From a virus, in the IMG/VR virus record IMGVR_UViG_3300015371_000017, positions 11,101-75,100 of that record: a stretch of 64,000 nt of DNA. One strand, written 5' to 3'. Positions 48,285 through 56,944 of this stretch are shown here, in pieces. The first letter of the stretch is position 1. The number at the start of each line of letters is the position of its first letter. The notes beneath the pieces are model-generated. The model searched no databases. It saw nothing but the letters and a program-made list of their open reading frames with translations, and was not told the DNA's origin. The position numbers and the translations under genes are program-made.

Positions 48285-48429
48285 TTCTCTTCCTCCTGCT
48301 TTTTTGGTTCAGTATCGAGGGGTTCGATGTAGACGGTTTGATGTAGATCAGTCTCGTCTCTAGTCGAGACTTTATGAGTGCGCCGATTGATCGGAATTAC
48401 GATTGTCTCGTCGTCAGGGTCGATTACTT

Positions 48430-48585
48430 TCACCGCGCCTCCATCTCGGCACAATCCGCGCAAACCCAGCGTGTCCACCTCCGTGAACCTGATTCATTGC
48501 GAAAGCGCATAACTCCGCGCCGATGAAGGCGGAATAAACAGTGAAGCCAGATACCAATCTTATAGCCAATGGGTTGAGTTCGCAC
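48430..48585 (-). CDS. 51-aa Cys/His protein, leaderless first gene of the membrane cluster
   Basis: TAGACA-N18-TACAAT lies 6 nt before GTG 48585. HCLFRLH...CADC. Confidence 0.5.
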   Translation of the reverse strand: MRTQPIGYKIGIWLHCLFRLHRRGVMRFRNESGSRRWTRWVCADCAEMEAR

Positions 48586-48643
48586 GGGCGGATTGTACGC
48601 CGCATTTAGTAGGGATGTCTATGAAATTCAATGAGGTTGCTGG

Positions 48644-48726
48644 AGAAACACGAAACCCGCTAGGTGCTGCTTAGGAACCTAACGGGCCGTGCTGATTGTT
48701 GAGATCAGGTTGAACGAGCTTGCTCA
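48644..48726 (-). ncRNA. Candidate antisense sRNA (locus A)
   Basis: Promoter TTGTAA-N17-TAGGCT, 5' hairpin GAGCAAGCTC, seed TTCAACCTGATCTCAACA, terminator CCCGTTAGG/CCTAGCGGG followed by TTTCGTGTTT. Confidence 0.55.
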
Positions 48727-48785
48727 CTTAGAAGCCTATCAAAAAAAGTGTTGCGTTACAACTTAAATCGGCGTATCTTGGGCAT

Positions 48786-49195
48786 GTTGAGACTAGGTTG
48801 AAAATTGAAGTCCTTCCGATTCCTTTCAACCCGTACTAAATCAACTTTTGTCGGATGCTTTACCTATGACGCTTTTGAGTAATAGCGTAGAACCCTATCG
48901 GTTGGCTGCTTGGCTGATAGGAAAACGTGCCGCAGGGCGCAACGGAAGTTGCGGGGCAGACTGTCTGAAACTTCGGTAATTCCGATCCCTAGTAACGTCC
49001 CCTGACCATAGTAGGGCCGCAAGGATAAGACAAAGCAGCGCGCGAAAACTGAGACACCTCAGCGGGCTCACACCTTAAATCCGACAAGACGCAATCGCGG
49101 TTAAATCTTTGCGCCGTTTAGTAGACGCCGTGAAGTTGGGCAAACCACGTACTTACGTTGCCTAGCGTCTCACACCTAAAAGCGAGAGGATGGTT
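48786..49195 (+). ncRNA. Candidate long structured RNA / leader (locus A)
   Basis: Promoter TTGCGT-N17-TATCTT. No ORF of 60 aa or more. Several hairpins with G-U pairs on this strand and GNRA loops. Confidence 0.5.
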
Positions 49196-49200
49196 GAGTG

Positions 49201-49524
49201 ATGGCAATAGACAAGATTCCGAAGGTTGGACGGTTCCTTTTCACGGAAAGTATGTTACGAGATGGCTTCTTCCGACGCACGGGAACAATCACTAAAATAT
49301 CGGGTAAGCGCATTTACTACGACGAGCACAAGGACAGCACAATTAACACTGAGCGGTTTATTCATCGTAAGACGCTTGCCGCCGTCTGTGACACGTCGGA
49401 AGAAATTGAGGCGTTGCGATCATTCAACAGCCGCGCCTTAGCGGAAGTGGGCGCACTGAAAGCACGTCACAAAGAGGAAGCCGCAAGATTTTTTGACAAT
49501 GAAGTGTCTGATTTGCCGAAATGA
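49201..49524 (+). CDS. Hypothetical protein
   Basis: GAGG RBS at the end of the structured leader. Confidence 0.55.
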   Translation: MAIDKIPKVGRFLFTESMLRDGFFRRTGTITKISGKRIYYDEHKDSTINTERFIHRKTLAAVCDTSEEIEALRSFNSRALAEVGALKARHKEEAARFFDNEVSDLPK

Positions 49525-49726
49525 CGCCGACTACGGCGACGTATGTAAGAGTTGCTATCGCGGTCTTGAGGCGTTCAAGCGAAACACAAAGTATCTTGGG
49601 CGAGCGATAAGTTATCTGAAAAAGAAAGCGAAGCTGATAACGAAACACGACCGCCGCGCGAGGCGAAAAAGAGCGGTAGAATTACGCAAGTTGATCGCGG
49701 AACAAAAAGCAGACCGTAGATCGTGA
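49499..49726 (+). CDS. Endonuclease-VII-like C-terminal fragment protein
   Basis: CLIC...VCKSCYRGLEAFKRN...LGRAISYL. Confidence 0.4.
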   Translation: MKCLICRNDADYGDVCKSCYRGLEAFKRNTKYLGRAISYLKKKAKLITKHDRRARRKRAVELRKLIAEQKADRRS

Positions 49727-49743
49727 AGTGGCATGACAGATGA

Positions 49744-50196
49744 TCACCCAGAGCTATCGTAAGTGGCTTCAAATCCGCAATCAGGGCACTTTACGTGCTG
49801 GTCGTGCATTCGCGGTGAGTCCCATTTCCAATTTGGATGCTGACAGCCCAAGAGATAGAAATGCACGTCGTAACCATAGCCGTCGCCATCTTTGCTGATC
49901 CACGTTCCAGCCTTTGGCGGATCATCCGATTTCTTCATATAGCGTTCGGCTACCGCGACAGCTTCACGATGAAAAAAGTAGTAATGCCACGAATACCACC
50001 ATTGACGGTCATTAGGATCGGCATCGGGCAGCGGCGCGGAGCCACCGTAGTTCAATCCTTCCAATCCCCAAGGCCCACAATGGAAGTAACGAATAAAATC
50101 ATTCTGAGAGATTTCAGTTAGCGGCGATGCCGCTCGATTCGGGCCGTTCTCCCATTTGATGCCGAAAATATCAGGCTTGCTCCACTGGATTCTCAT
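49744..50196 (-). CDS. Hypothetical protein with C-terminal Zn ribbon
   Basis: GGAGGAG RBS before the ATG, CQH...KCPDCGFEATYDSSG. Confidence 0.55.
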   Translation of the reverse strand: MRIQWSKPDIFGIKWENGPNRAASPLTEISQNDFIRYFHCGPWGLEGLNYGGSAPLPDADPNDRQWWYSWHYYFFHREAVAVAERYMKKSDDPPKAGTWISKDGDGYGYDVHFYLLGCQHPNWKWDSPRMHDQHVKCPDCGFEATYDSSG

Positions 50197-50353
50197 ATTC
50201 TCCTCCACCACCTCAACAACCTGCGCCAAAGAGGAACAGGCGTGTCTTGAAGGGCATAGCTGGCAACCTTCTTCTCGTAATTCAACACGATCTCATTTGG
50301 TATAAGGCGTCCTAGATGTCGCATGGTTACTCCTCTCAGCCTTGAGTATTGAA

Positions 50354-50458
50354 GTTGCGCGACCCGGCTTCGTCATGAAACCAGCCTGAGCGTATCGCCC
50401 TTCCTAGGTGACGACCGCCTAACCCGCTACGGCAAACCGCAGGGACGGAGCCGCGCAA
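50354..50458 (-). ncRNA. Candidate multi-stem ncRNA
   Basis: Closing stem TTGCGCGGCTC/GGGTCGCGCAA encloses three hairpins. Confidence 0.4.
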
Positions 50459-50481
50459 AACTTTTCAAATATCAGGACAGT

Positions 50482-50579
50482 TGCGCAGCGGACAGGACTC
50501 GAACCTGCAATCGAGCACCTCATCGCGTTTAGTGCTCACGGGCATTCCGCGCGTCTGCCATTTCCGCCACTCGCCGCGC
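50482..50579 (-). tRNA. Atypical tRNA-like RNA (Leu-type D arm, no canonical anticodon arm)
   Basis: D arm GGCGGAAATGGCAGACGC, T arm GCAGG-TTCGAGT-CCTGT, acceptor GCGCGGCG/CGCTGCGC, no encoded CCA. Confidence 0.6.
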
Positions 50580-50636
50580 AACATCTGGTAGGCCGAAGCT
50601 GTCCTGTTCGGTAGCGGAAAGCCTCGACCTGAAAGT

Positions 50637-51260
50637 TCAACCTTCGAATTGAAATACTTCCTGACTCATTCGCTTCGCTGCTATCTCGCAATACTTTTCT
50701 GACTTTTCTATGCCGATTGCCGTTCTGCCGAGATCCTTAGCGGCTCGAAGAGTTGTGCCTGAGCCCATGAACGGATCAAGGATCGTTTGCGCTTTCGTTC
50801 TGTTAATAAGCCACTTTGCCCACTGAAGAGGCTTCGGGCAAGGATGACCATTCGGCGGTACTGGTTGAGCATAAAAGTAATCGTGCATCTGAAGCCCCTG
50901 AATCTTTCCGTAAACTAGCAGAGGCTCCCAATCATTGAATCCGATATACGCTGCGTGTCCGGGCGATCCTTTGTACCAACAAATCAACCAATCGGGCGGG
51001 ATTGTTTTATAAATCCACTCGAGCTGATTTATCTGACATGACGGCAAAATGCCCATGTCGGCATTCGCTTTCACCCATCCCACAAGAAGCAGCATCAGAG
51101 TGCGCCAACCTTCCAAGTTGTCATCGTGCGAATCATATTGAAAATCCACGCCATAAGGCGGGTCAGTCAGCACTAAATCAACCTTCGGCAAAGACAGCAG
51201 AATCTCACGACAGTCTCCGTGGTAAATCGTTACTGCTTCGTCTTGGTAATAAGGGGTCAT
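50637..51260 (-). CDS. Orphan DNA N6-adenine/N4-cytosine methyltransferase (beta class)
   Basis: DLVLTDPPY precedes HPCPKP and ILDPFMGSGTT...AIGIE. Confidence 0.9.
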   Translation of the reverse strand: MTPYYQDEAVTIYHGDCREILLSLPKVDLVLTDPPYGVDFQYDSHDDNLEGWRTLMLLLVGWVKANADMGILPSCQINQLEWIYKTIPPDWLICWYKGSPGHAAYIGFNDWEPLLVYGKIQGLQMHDYFYAQPVPPNGHPCPKPLQWAKWLINRTKAQTILDPFMGSGTTLRAAKDLGRTAIGIEKSEKYCEIAAKRMSQEVFQFEG

Positions 51261-51924
51261 TCCCACACGCTTGCGCGTCAGCTTCGACCAGAAGTTTAAT
51301 TCACAATCGTGCGCACTTCTTGAAGTCGCTGATTATAGGCCGTAGCAGCCTGATCGCGGTCAAGATACATTTGAGTCAGCCGTTCGATTGTGTACGGCGT
51401 AAATTCGTCGTCCGGATTTCCTCTGTAGTGAAGAATCCCGTTAATCACTTTTTCTTCGTAGTACATCTGATTCCCCTTTCGCAGCCTGCTCCTTAACGTA
51501 ATCGTCGTAAGCACAATCAGCACACAAAGCAGTCGCTCCTCGGTGGCAATGCGTCAATGCGCAGTCCTTGTCCTCTTCGCAGCGCGGACAATAATGAGAA
51601 TGAAATCCGTTAACCATCTCACCCCTCTCAACTTCGATAAATTCCAAATCGAGTAGCGATGCTCAGGCGTGTCGTCGGCATCGCATCCGGCCTGTCGGAC
51701 ATGTTCCCGTTCAGGCTTCGCATAATGGCCGTTATCCCGAATGCCCTCGTTAAGCATCGCTAGTTGTCACGCCCCAATTCAGCGACTCTAAACCGCCTTA
51801 CTCATTCGGAATGCAGGCGGTCGATTGTCTTGATAGCTGGCTGAAAACGATCCAGCTCAACGGCCTTGGTGAATCTCGATTTCAAAGAACTAGCGCCTCT
51901 CAGCTTCGACCAGAAGTTAAAGAA

Positions 51925-52335
51925 CTAATCCTTAGTCGCATAATCTGGATGTTTCGTCGTCATGTGCTGATGTAGATTGCTGAATGAACGATTGCAGCAC
52001 GGGCAGACACCTTTCGAGACTCGGTTCTTGAGTTTGGTAATTTGCCCCTTCTTGGCAATCAACTGTTTCTCGGCAACCAGCCGTTGCCCCTTTTGCCATT
52101 CAATTTCCCGTTGACTGCTTGCCTTCACGCGCTCAAGCTCCGCCCTGAGTTTGTCCACTTCTGACTTTATGAATGCCTGACTATGACCGTTCGGGCAATA
52201 GAATGAATCGCCAGTTTCACGAAGGCGGCGCAAGAAGTCCATCGGCATTCCAAACACCATCGCGCACTTGTAGCACTCAATCGTGTCGATCCAAACGCTG
52301 AAATTTAGTAGCTTTGCTGTTTTCGCCATCACCAC
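51925..52335 (-). CDS. Zinc-finger coiled-coil phage protein
   Basis: CYKC...FYCPNGH...GVCPCCNRSF.NL..HM..KHP. Confidence 0.65.
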   Translation of the reverse strand: MVMAKTAKLLNFSVWIDTIECYKCAMVFGMPMDFLRRLRETGDSFYCPNGHSQAFIKSEVDKLRAELERVKASSQREIEWQKGQRLVAEKQLIAKKGQITKLKNRVSKGVCPCCNRSFSNLHQHMTTKHPDYATKD

Positions 52336-52352
52336 TCCTTCACGCTGAAAAT

Positions 52353-52568
52353 CTAACGCTTCTTTTTAGGCCGACTACCGTTTTCGCCATTACCCGACTT
52401 CGCCCGATTGCGTTTTAAGCCAGCAACGGCCTGTGGCGTAAAGAATGCCTGCCGCCCAACGATAATCTCGGCCTCGATGTCGCCCCGTTTGTACATTTTG
52501 ACGAATCCTGGCCGTGTCACGCCGAGTATCGCCGCTGCCTGCTCGGGATTTAGTAAGGTTTTGCTCAC
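52353..52568 (-). CDS. HTH (excisionase/MerR-like) DNA-binding regulator
   Basis: LLNPEQAAAILGVTR...RGDI winged HTH. Confidence 0.75.
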   Translation of the reverse strand: MSKTLLNPEQAAAILGVTRPGFVKMYKRGDIEAEIIVGRQAFFTPQAVAGLKRNRAKSGNGENGSRPKKKR

Positions 52569-52643
52569 GGAAACAGACCTTAACAGAAAAGTTTCAGAGA
52601 TGCAACTTATTTCCTTGACTCTGAGTTTCTTTTATGAAACAAT
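52569..52643. promoter_or_regulatory. Divergent promoter switch with GTTTC/GAAAC operator half-sites
   Basis: Plus strand TTGACT-N17-AACAAT, minus strand TTGCAT-N17-TAAGGT, inverted repeat GTTTC-TTTTAT-GAAAC. Confidence 0.55.
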
Positions 52644-52673
52644 GCCCTTGCTCGTTTAGGGCAGATAAACGCA

Positions 52674-54350
52674 ATGGCAACTTGCTTCATGCAAACAAAC
52701 CCTTCCGCCGGATTCATTGGCGACCATGCAGCCAAGTGCGCCAACGTAGTCGCGCATCTTGATGGCGAAATAACCGTCAACGGTCACTCAACCCATCACG
52801 TTCAATACGGAATTGCAAAAGAACATCAGAACGGCGCGGGTTGTATGTTGGTGTGCGGGAAGTGTGCTGCGAAATATGAGAAGCGAAATGATTGCGTCAT
52901 AACGGAGGCAAAATGAAAAGTGGTCAGACGTTACATCTTGTGATTGCAATCGATTACGCGGAACGGCTACCGGACCTGAGCGAGTTATTTACCGTCGAAG
53001 GCAAACCGTCAACAGATGCCGAAGTTCGCGCAGAGCTTCAAGAACTAAAGGCCGCTGGCTTTGAGTTCATTCCCGCCTGTGATGATTACGACGAAAAAGG
53101 CAGATGTCGCGGCCATCGATTCGAGGCGAAATTGAAACAACTAGCATGGATTGACGTGAGTTCCTGTGATGAGCGAATGCACCCTGAGACTGTGTGGAGG
53201 CAAAAATGAGAACCCGCAAATTTCATCGGTTTATTTTCGCTGACGAGGCGTTGTTAGCTCGTGCCGCTTTGGAGTTGAAGCACTGGCACATGCCGGATAG
53301 CTCGTGGTGGCTAGGAAGCGAGGATCGTTCGTTAATCACTCGCAGTAGCGATGTGCTTGATGTCATCACGGAAACATTCGGCTTCGCAGACCCAAACACG
53401 CACAGCAATCAAAACTACACTTACGACAGAATCGAGCGCGAAAGCAAAAGCAATGAACAACCTACTGCCTGAAACTGATCTAGTTGCAATCTCAGAACGT
53501 GAAGTAATTGAGGCGGCGCGGATTTGGGTAAAAGAGTGTAATTCGTTTTTCGCAACACATCCTTACTTGACCGTGCTACCTAAACTTGAAAACTTACTTG
53601 CTGCTGTTTCACTGCTTGAATCTCGTGAACAAATACGTAAACAGTTGGAGGCGAAGAATGAAGGTAAATGAAGACAAAAACCCCCTAGCCAGTCTTGAAA
53701 GTTCCCCGCGTCCCGCGCCGGAAAGCAGTCTCATTGCCCGACTGATTTCTGAGCAGTTAACGGGCACAACCGAACATGCCGACGCGGTGGATAAGCTGAT
53801 TCGCGAGAATGGCGATGTAACTTGTATCTATTGCGCAGAACTGACGCTCCACGGGCTGACACTGAACGAACAGGGATTCTGGGAGTCAACCGCAAAGCAG
53901 ATAATGGCCGATCACATGATGGCATGTCCGAAGCGGCCAGAGAAGAAACTACTTGAGAAGATTGAGGAACTTGAAAACCGCGAACACAACGCCCAAGCCA
54001 TCTTAGACGCTATTAGAACCAAACTGAGGGACTGGGCAGGTGACGATAACGCCAATTCTGCTGAGGTACTACTAGTTTCGATTATAAACTTGGCAGCCGG
54101 AAAAGATGAGAACGGAAACGATATTGAGTGATTGGAGGGAACGATGAAATTACCTGTTCGATACGTTCCAAATGAAGATAACTACCTATTGCGGACAGAC
54201 GAGCTAACTGAAGAGGGCGTTGCGGGGTCGATCATTGACGCTGAAGACAATTACATTGCGCGAATCTGGTTTGATTGGGCCGACGACGTAGAAGCCGGAC
54301 ATGAAACGGGGAAACGAATTGCAGCGGCCTTAAACTCAGAGCTGAAATGA
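52674..54350 (+). CDS. Operon of small hypothetical genes
   Basis: Six overlapping ORFs from 52674 to 54350. No recognisable families. Confidence 0.5.
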
Positions 54351-54394
54351 TCGCAGCAACAAATATAGTCAGTCTGCATGTTGCGACACAACGC

Positions 54395-54830
54395 TCCTTT
54401 TCCTGCGGCTCAGGGAGTTGATTTTCAGTAGAGACAAATTCACTTATCCCTCGTGATCCCCTCTTGAGAGTTCTTTGAAACTGTTTTAACGAGAAAGTAA
54501 GATCGCTATTTCAGATCGAAGACCGCTTGCTTAGTATTTGCCCTTCTCCGCGAAGGTCACGTTTGGACACACGCGCTAAGTGCTCGGTCGTTAGCCGAGG
54601 AAACATCAACCAGTTTCAGCGTTGGTGCGATTAGTTTTCGCAATGCAGTCCGTCAGCCCCTTACTGACATTTCCGGTCACTCTCCGTCGCAGATGCGATT
54701 GACTCGATGATTTTGTGTTTCGGTATTCACGAGTCTTGAGAAACCTGAGCCTCGTGGCTCTCTTTCCCGTTGACGGTTTGTGCTATGGGTTTGTGGAATT
54801 AGAAAAGCAAGAATCCCATAAACTACAAGC
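54395..54830 (-). ncRNA. Candidate long structured RNA (locus B)
   Basis: Promoter TTGCAT-N18-CATACT. No ORF of 60 aa or more on either strand. Many stems (TATGGG/CCCATA, GAGCC/GGCTC, GACTCG/CGAGTC, GTCAG/CTGAC, CTCGG/CCGAG, CCTTC/GAAGG). Confidence 0.5.
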
Positions 54831-54889
54831 GAAATGAGTATGCGCCTAAACTAATTGAGAATGCAACAACTTTTTGCTATTGTTCTTTC

Positions 54890-54984
54890 TGCCGCGCCGT
54901 GGTTCACCCAGCCTACTCCGGTAGACTACAAGCAAACGGTGCTAAGAAAGCCGAGGGGCCTGAACCACCCCTCGGTATTTCTTT
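54890..54984 (+). ncRNA. Candidate antisense sRNA (locus B)
   Basis: Promoter TTGAGA-N17-TATTGT with extended TG, seed TAGACTACAAGC, terminator CCGAGGGG/CCCCTCGG followed by TATTTCTTT. Confidence 0.5.
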
Positions 54985-55073
54985 GCGCAGCTACTCCGGC
55001 AACCTCTCAAAATAAATCAAAATTAACTTGACAGATACGTGACCGCTACTGTATTGTGCATTCGTAACCGCTT

Positions 55074-55256
55074 ATGAAAAAGAAACGCAAAGACCCGAAC
55101 GCCGTAGCCCTTGGCAGGAAGGGTGGGCTTAAGGGCGGCCCGGCTAGGGCAAAATCAATGACCGCAAAGGAACGCAGCGATTCGGCGCGAAAGGCAGTAA
55201 ACGCAAGATGGGCGAAGCACAAGGCAAACAGTGGAGCAAGTCGCCACTCGAAATAG
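55074..55256 (+). CDS. Small basic LGRKGG-motif DNA-binding protein
   Basis: KDPNAVALGRKGGLKGGPARAKSMTAKERSDSARKAVNARW. TTGACA...TATTGT promoter. Confidence 0.7.
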   Translation: MKKKRKDPNAVALGRKGGLKGGPARAKSMTAKERSDSARKAVNARWAKHKANSGASRHSK

Positions 55257-55564
55257 TCAGAGACTACTTCCCCGAAGCGGACGATGGATTCGCCGAGTGC
55301 GTCTTGTGGGAGCGAACTGGCTGGCCTGCGTTTTGGTCGGGCGATCCGGAAGAATGCTTACGGCGACAATTACAAGAGTTCAAAGACGCACCGCCCAATT
55401 GCCGATTATGCGATTTTTGCAACAAACCCGCGATGGAAAACAACATTCTTTGCGAGTCTTGCGATAGAAGTTGGGAGCAACTACGCCTTGAACGACACTA
55501 CCAAGACGTTTACGAAATTGTGGCAATCGCGAGAGGCAAGACAGCGAAAGGACGGAAGGCGTGA
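55208..55564 (+). CDS. Hypothetical Zn-binding protein
   Basis: VLWERTGWPAFW and CDFC...CESC. Confidence 0.55.
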   Translation: MGEAQGKQWSKSPLEIVRDYFPEADDGFAECVLWERTGWPAFWSGDPEECLRRQLQEFKDAPPNCRLCDFCNKPAMENNILCESCDRSWEQLRLERHYQDVYEIVAIARGKTAKGRKA

Positions 55565-55606
55565 GTCTAACTAAATCAACATCACCAGACGGAGTAGGAG
55601 GCGAAG

Positions 55607-56944
55607 ATGAGCGAGAAGATACCGAAGAACAGCGAGATTGAAATTCCCGACGATCTTCGCATTGTTCAACTTGAGGGTGAAAACGTTAAGCGTCTTTACG
55701 CGGCGGCAATCTCACCAACCGACGAGCTAACGAAAATCGGCGGCTGGAATGAAAACGGGAAATCGTCGCTGATTGATTGCGTTAGCTATACGCTATGCGG
55801 TGGCCGCGCTCTGCCAGTTGAGCCTCTGCGACGGGGCGCGAAAAAAGGACGTAGTGCCTTAAAGATTGAGAGTCGCGAGTCTGATTTCGGACTGACTGCC
55901 GAGCGTCGCTTCACCAAAAAGGGCGATACACTCGTCATTAAATTTGACGGACAAGACGAGCCAGTTAAATCCCCGCAAGAGTTAGCAAACCGCTTTTACA
56001 ATGCAAGCGCCGCGCAGCCAGACGACTTTCTGCTGAAAGGCAGTAAAGAGCAAGTGGAAATCTTGCGCAAAACGGTCGGCATTGACTTTACCGATCTTGA
56101 CGCTCAAGCCTCTGCTTTGTACGAAGAACGCAAAGGAGTTAACCGCGAAATCAAGCTTCTCGAAGGGCAAGTAGCCGGAGCCGAATACTACGATGACGTT
56201 CAGGCCGTAGATGTCGCAAGCATTCAGCAACAACTAAAAGCGGCGGCGGAGCACAACGAAAGCGTTGAAAGCCACAAGCGCGACAGCGAACGCCGCGCTA
56301 TGCAGATCGATAATCTAACCGAACAAGCAAGCCAATGCGATGCTGAAATCGAATTGCTACGTAAACGAGCCGTTGAGCTAAAGGAAAAGGCAGCAACTCT
56401 ATGGGCGCAAGCCGCTGAACTTGCCAGCGCGGAAATGACCAAAGCCCCCGAGCCGATTGATACATCTGAACTTCTAACTCAACTATCAGAAGCAGAGGAA
56501 ACCAACCGCAAGGTTACCGCCAATGAACGCAAGCGAGAACTTGAAAAAGAACTCAGAGCGAAGAACTCCGAGTCAACAAAACTCACACTTGCCTTAGAGC
56601 GCATTGACGAGACGAAATCTGAGCAACTGGCAAAGGCGAGGTTTCCCGTTCCTGGACTTTCATTCTCGGATGACGGTGTTCTGTTAAATGGGATCCCCTT
56701 TGAACAAGCATCACAAGAACAGCAAGTCATTACGGCGGCGGCGATCGCGCTTGCTCAACAGCCGAAGCTCAAGGCAATTTTAATGCGCCGCGGATCGCTA
56801 TTAGACCCGCAACACCAAGCCGCATTGCGTCAGTGGGCAAAAGATAATAAGTGCCAGGTGTTTTTGGAAGTAGTCGGCAAGGACGCCGATTGTGAATTCA
56901 TTATCGAAAACGGCATGGTAGCCGAGAAGGATGAATGGGAATGA
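55607..56944 (+). CDS. SMC/Rad50-like ABC ATPase
   Basis: ENVKRL, GWNENGKSS Walker A, coiled coil, ASQEQQ signature, GSLLD D-loop. Confidence 0.8.
   Translation: MSEKIPKNSEIEIPDDLRIVQLEGENVKRLYAAAISPTDELTKIGGWNENGKSSLIDCVSYTLCGGRALPVEPLRRGAKKGRSALKIESRESDFGLTAERRFTKKGDTLVIKFDGQDEPVKSPQELANRFYNASAAQPDDFLLKGSKEQVEILRKTVGIDFTDLDAQASALYEERKGVNREIKLLEGQVAGAEYYDDVQAVDVASIQQQLKAAAEHNESVESHKRDSERRAMQIDNLTEQASQCDAEIELLRKRAVELKEKAATLWAQAAELASAEMTKAPEPIDTSELLTQLSEAEETNRKVTANERKRELEKELRAKNSESTKLTLALERIDETKSEQLAKARFPVPGLSFSDDGVLLNGIPFEQASQEQQVITAAAIALAQQPKLKAILMRRGSLLDPQHQAALRQWAKDNKCQVFLEVVGKDADCEFIIENGMVAEKDEWE

Noticed and set aside
48867-48980. 37-codon ORF in the locus A RNA as a type I toxin
   Set aside because: No SD sequence and no hydrophobic helix. 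It cannot be fully excluded.
50482-50579. Canonical tRNA-Leu call
   Set aside because: No 5-bp stem with 7-nt loop, so no anticodon can be assigned.
50637-51260. Restriction-modification system
   Set aside because: No adjacent restriction endonuclease. Orphan methyltransferases are common in phages.
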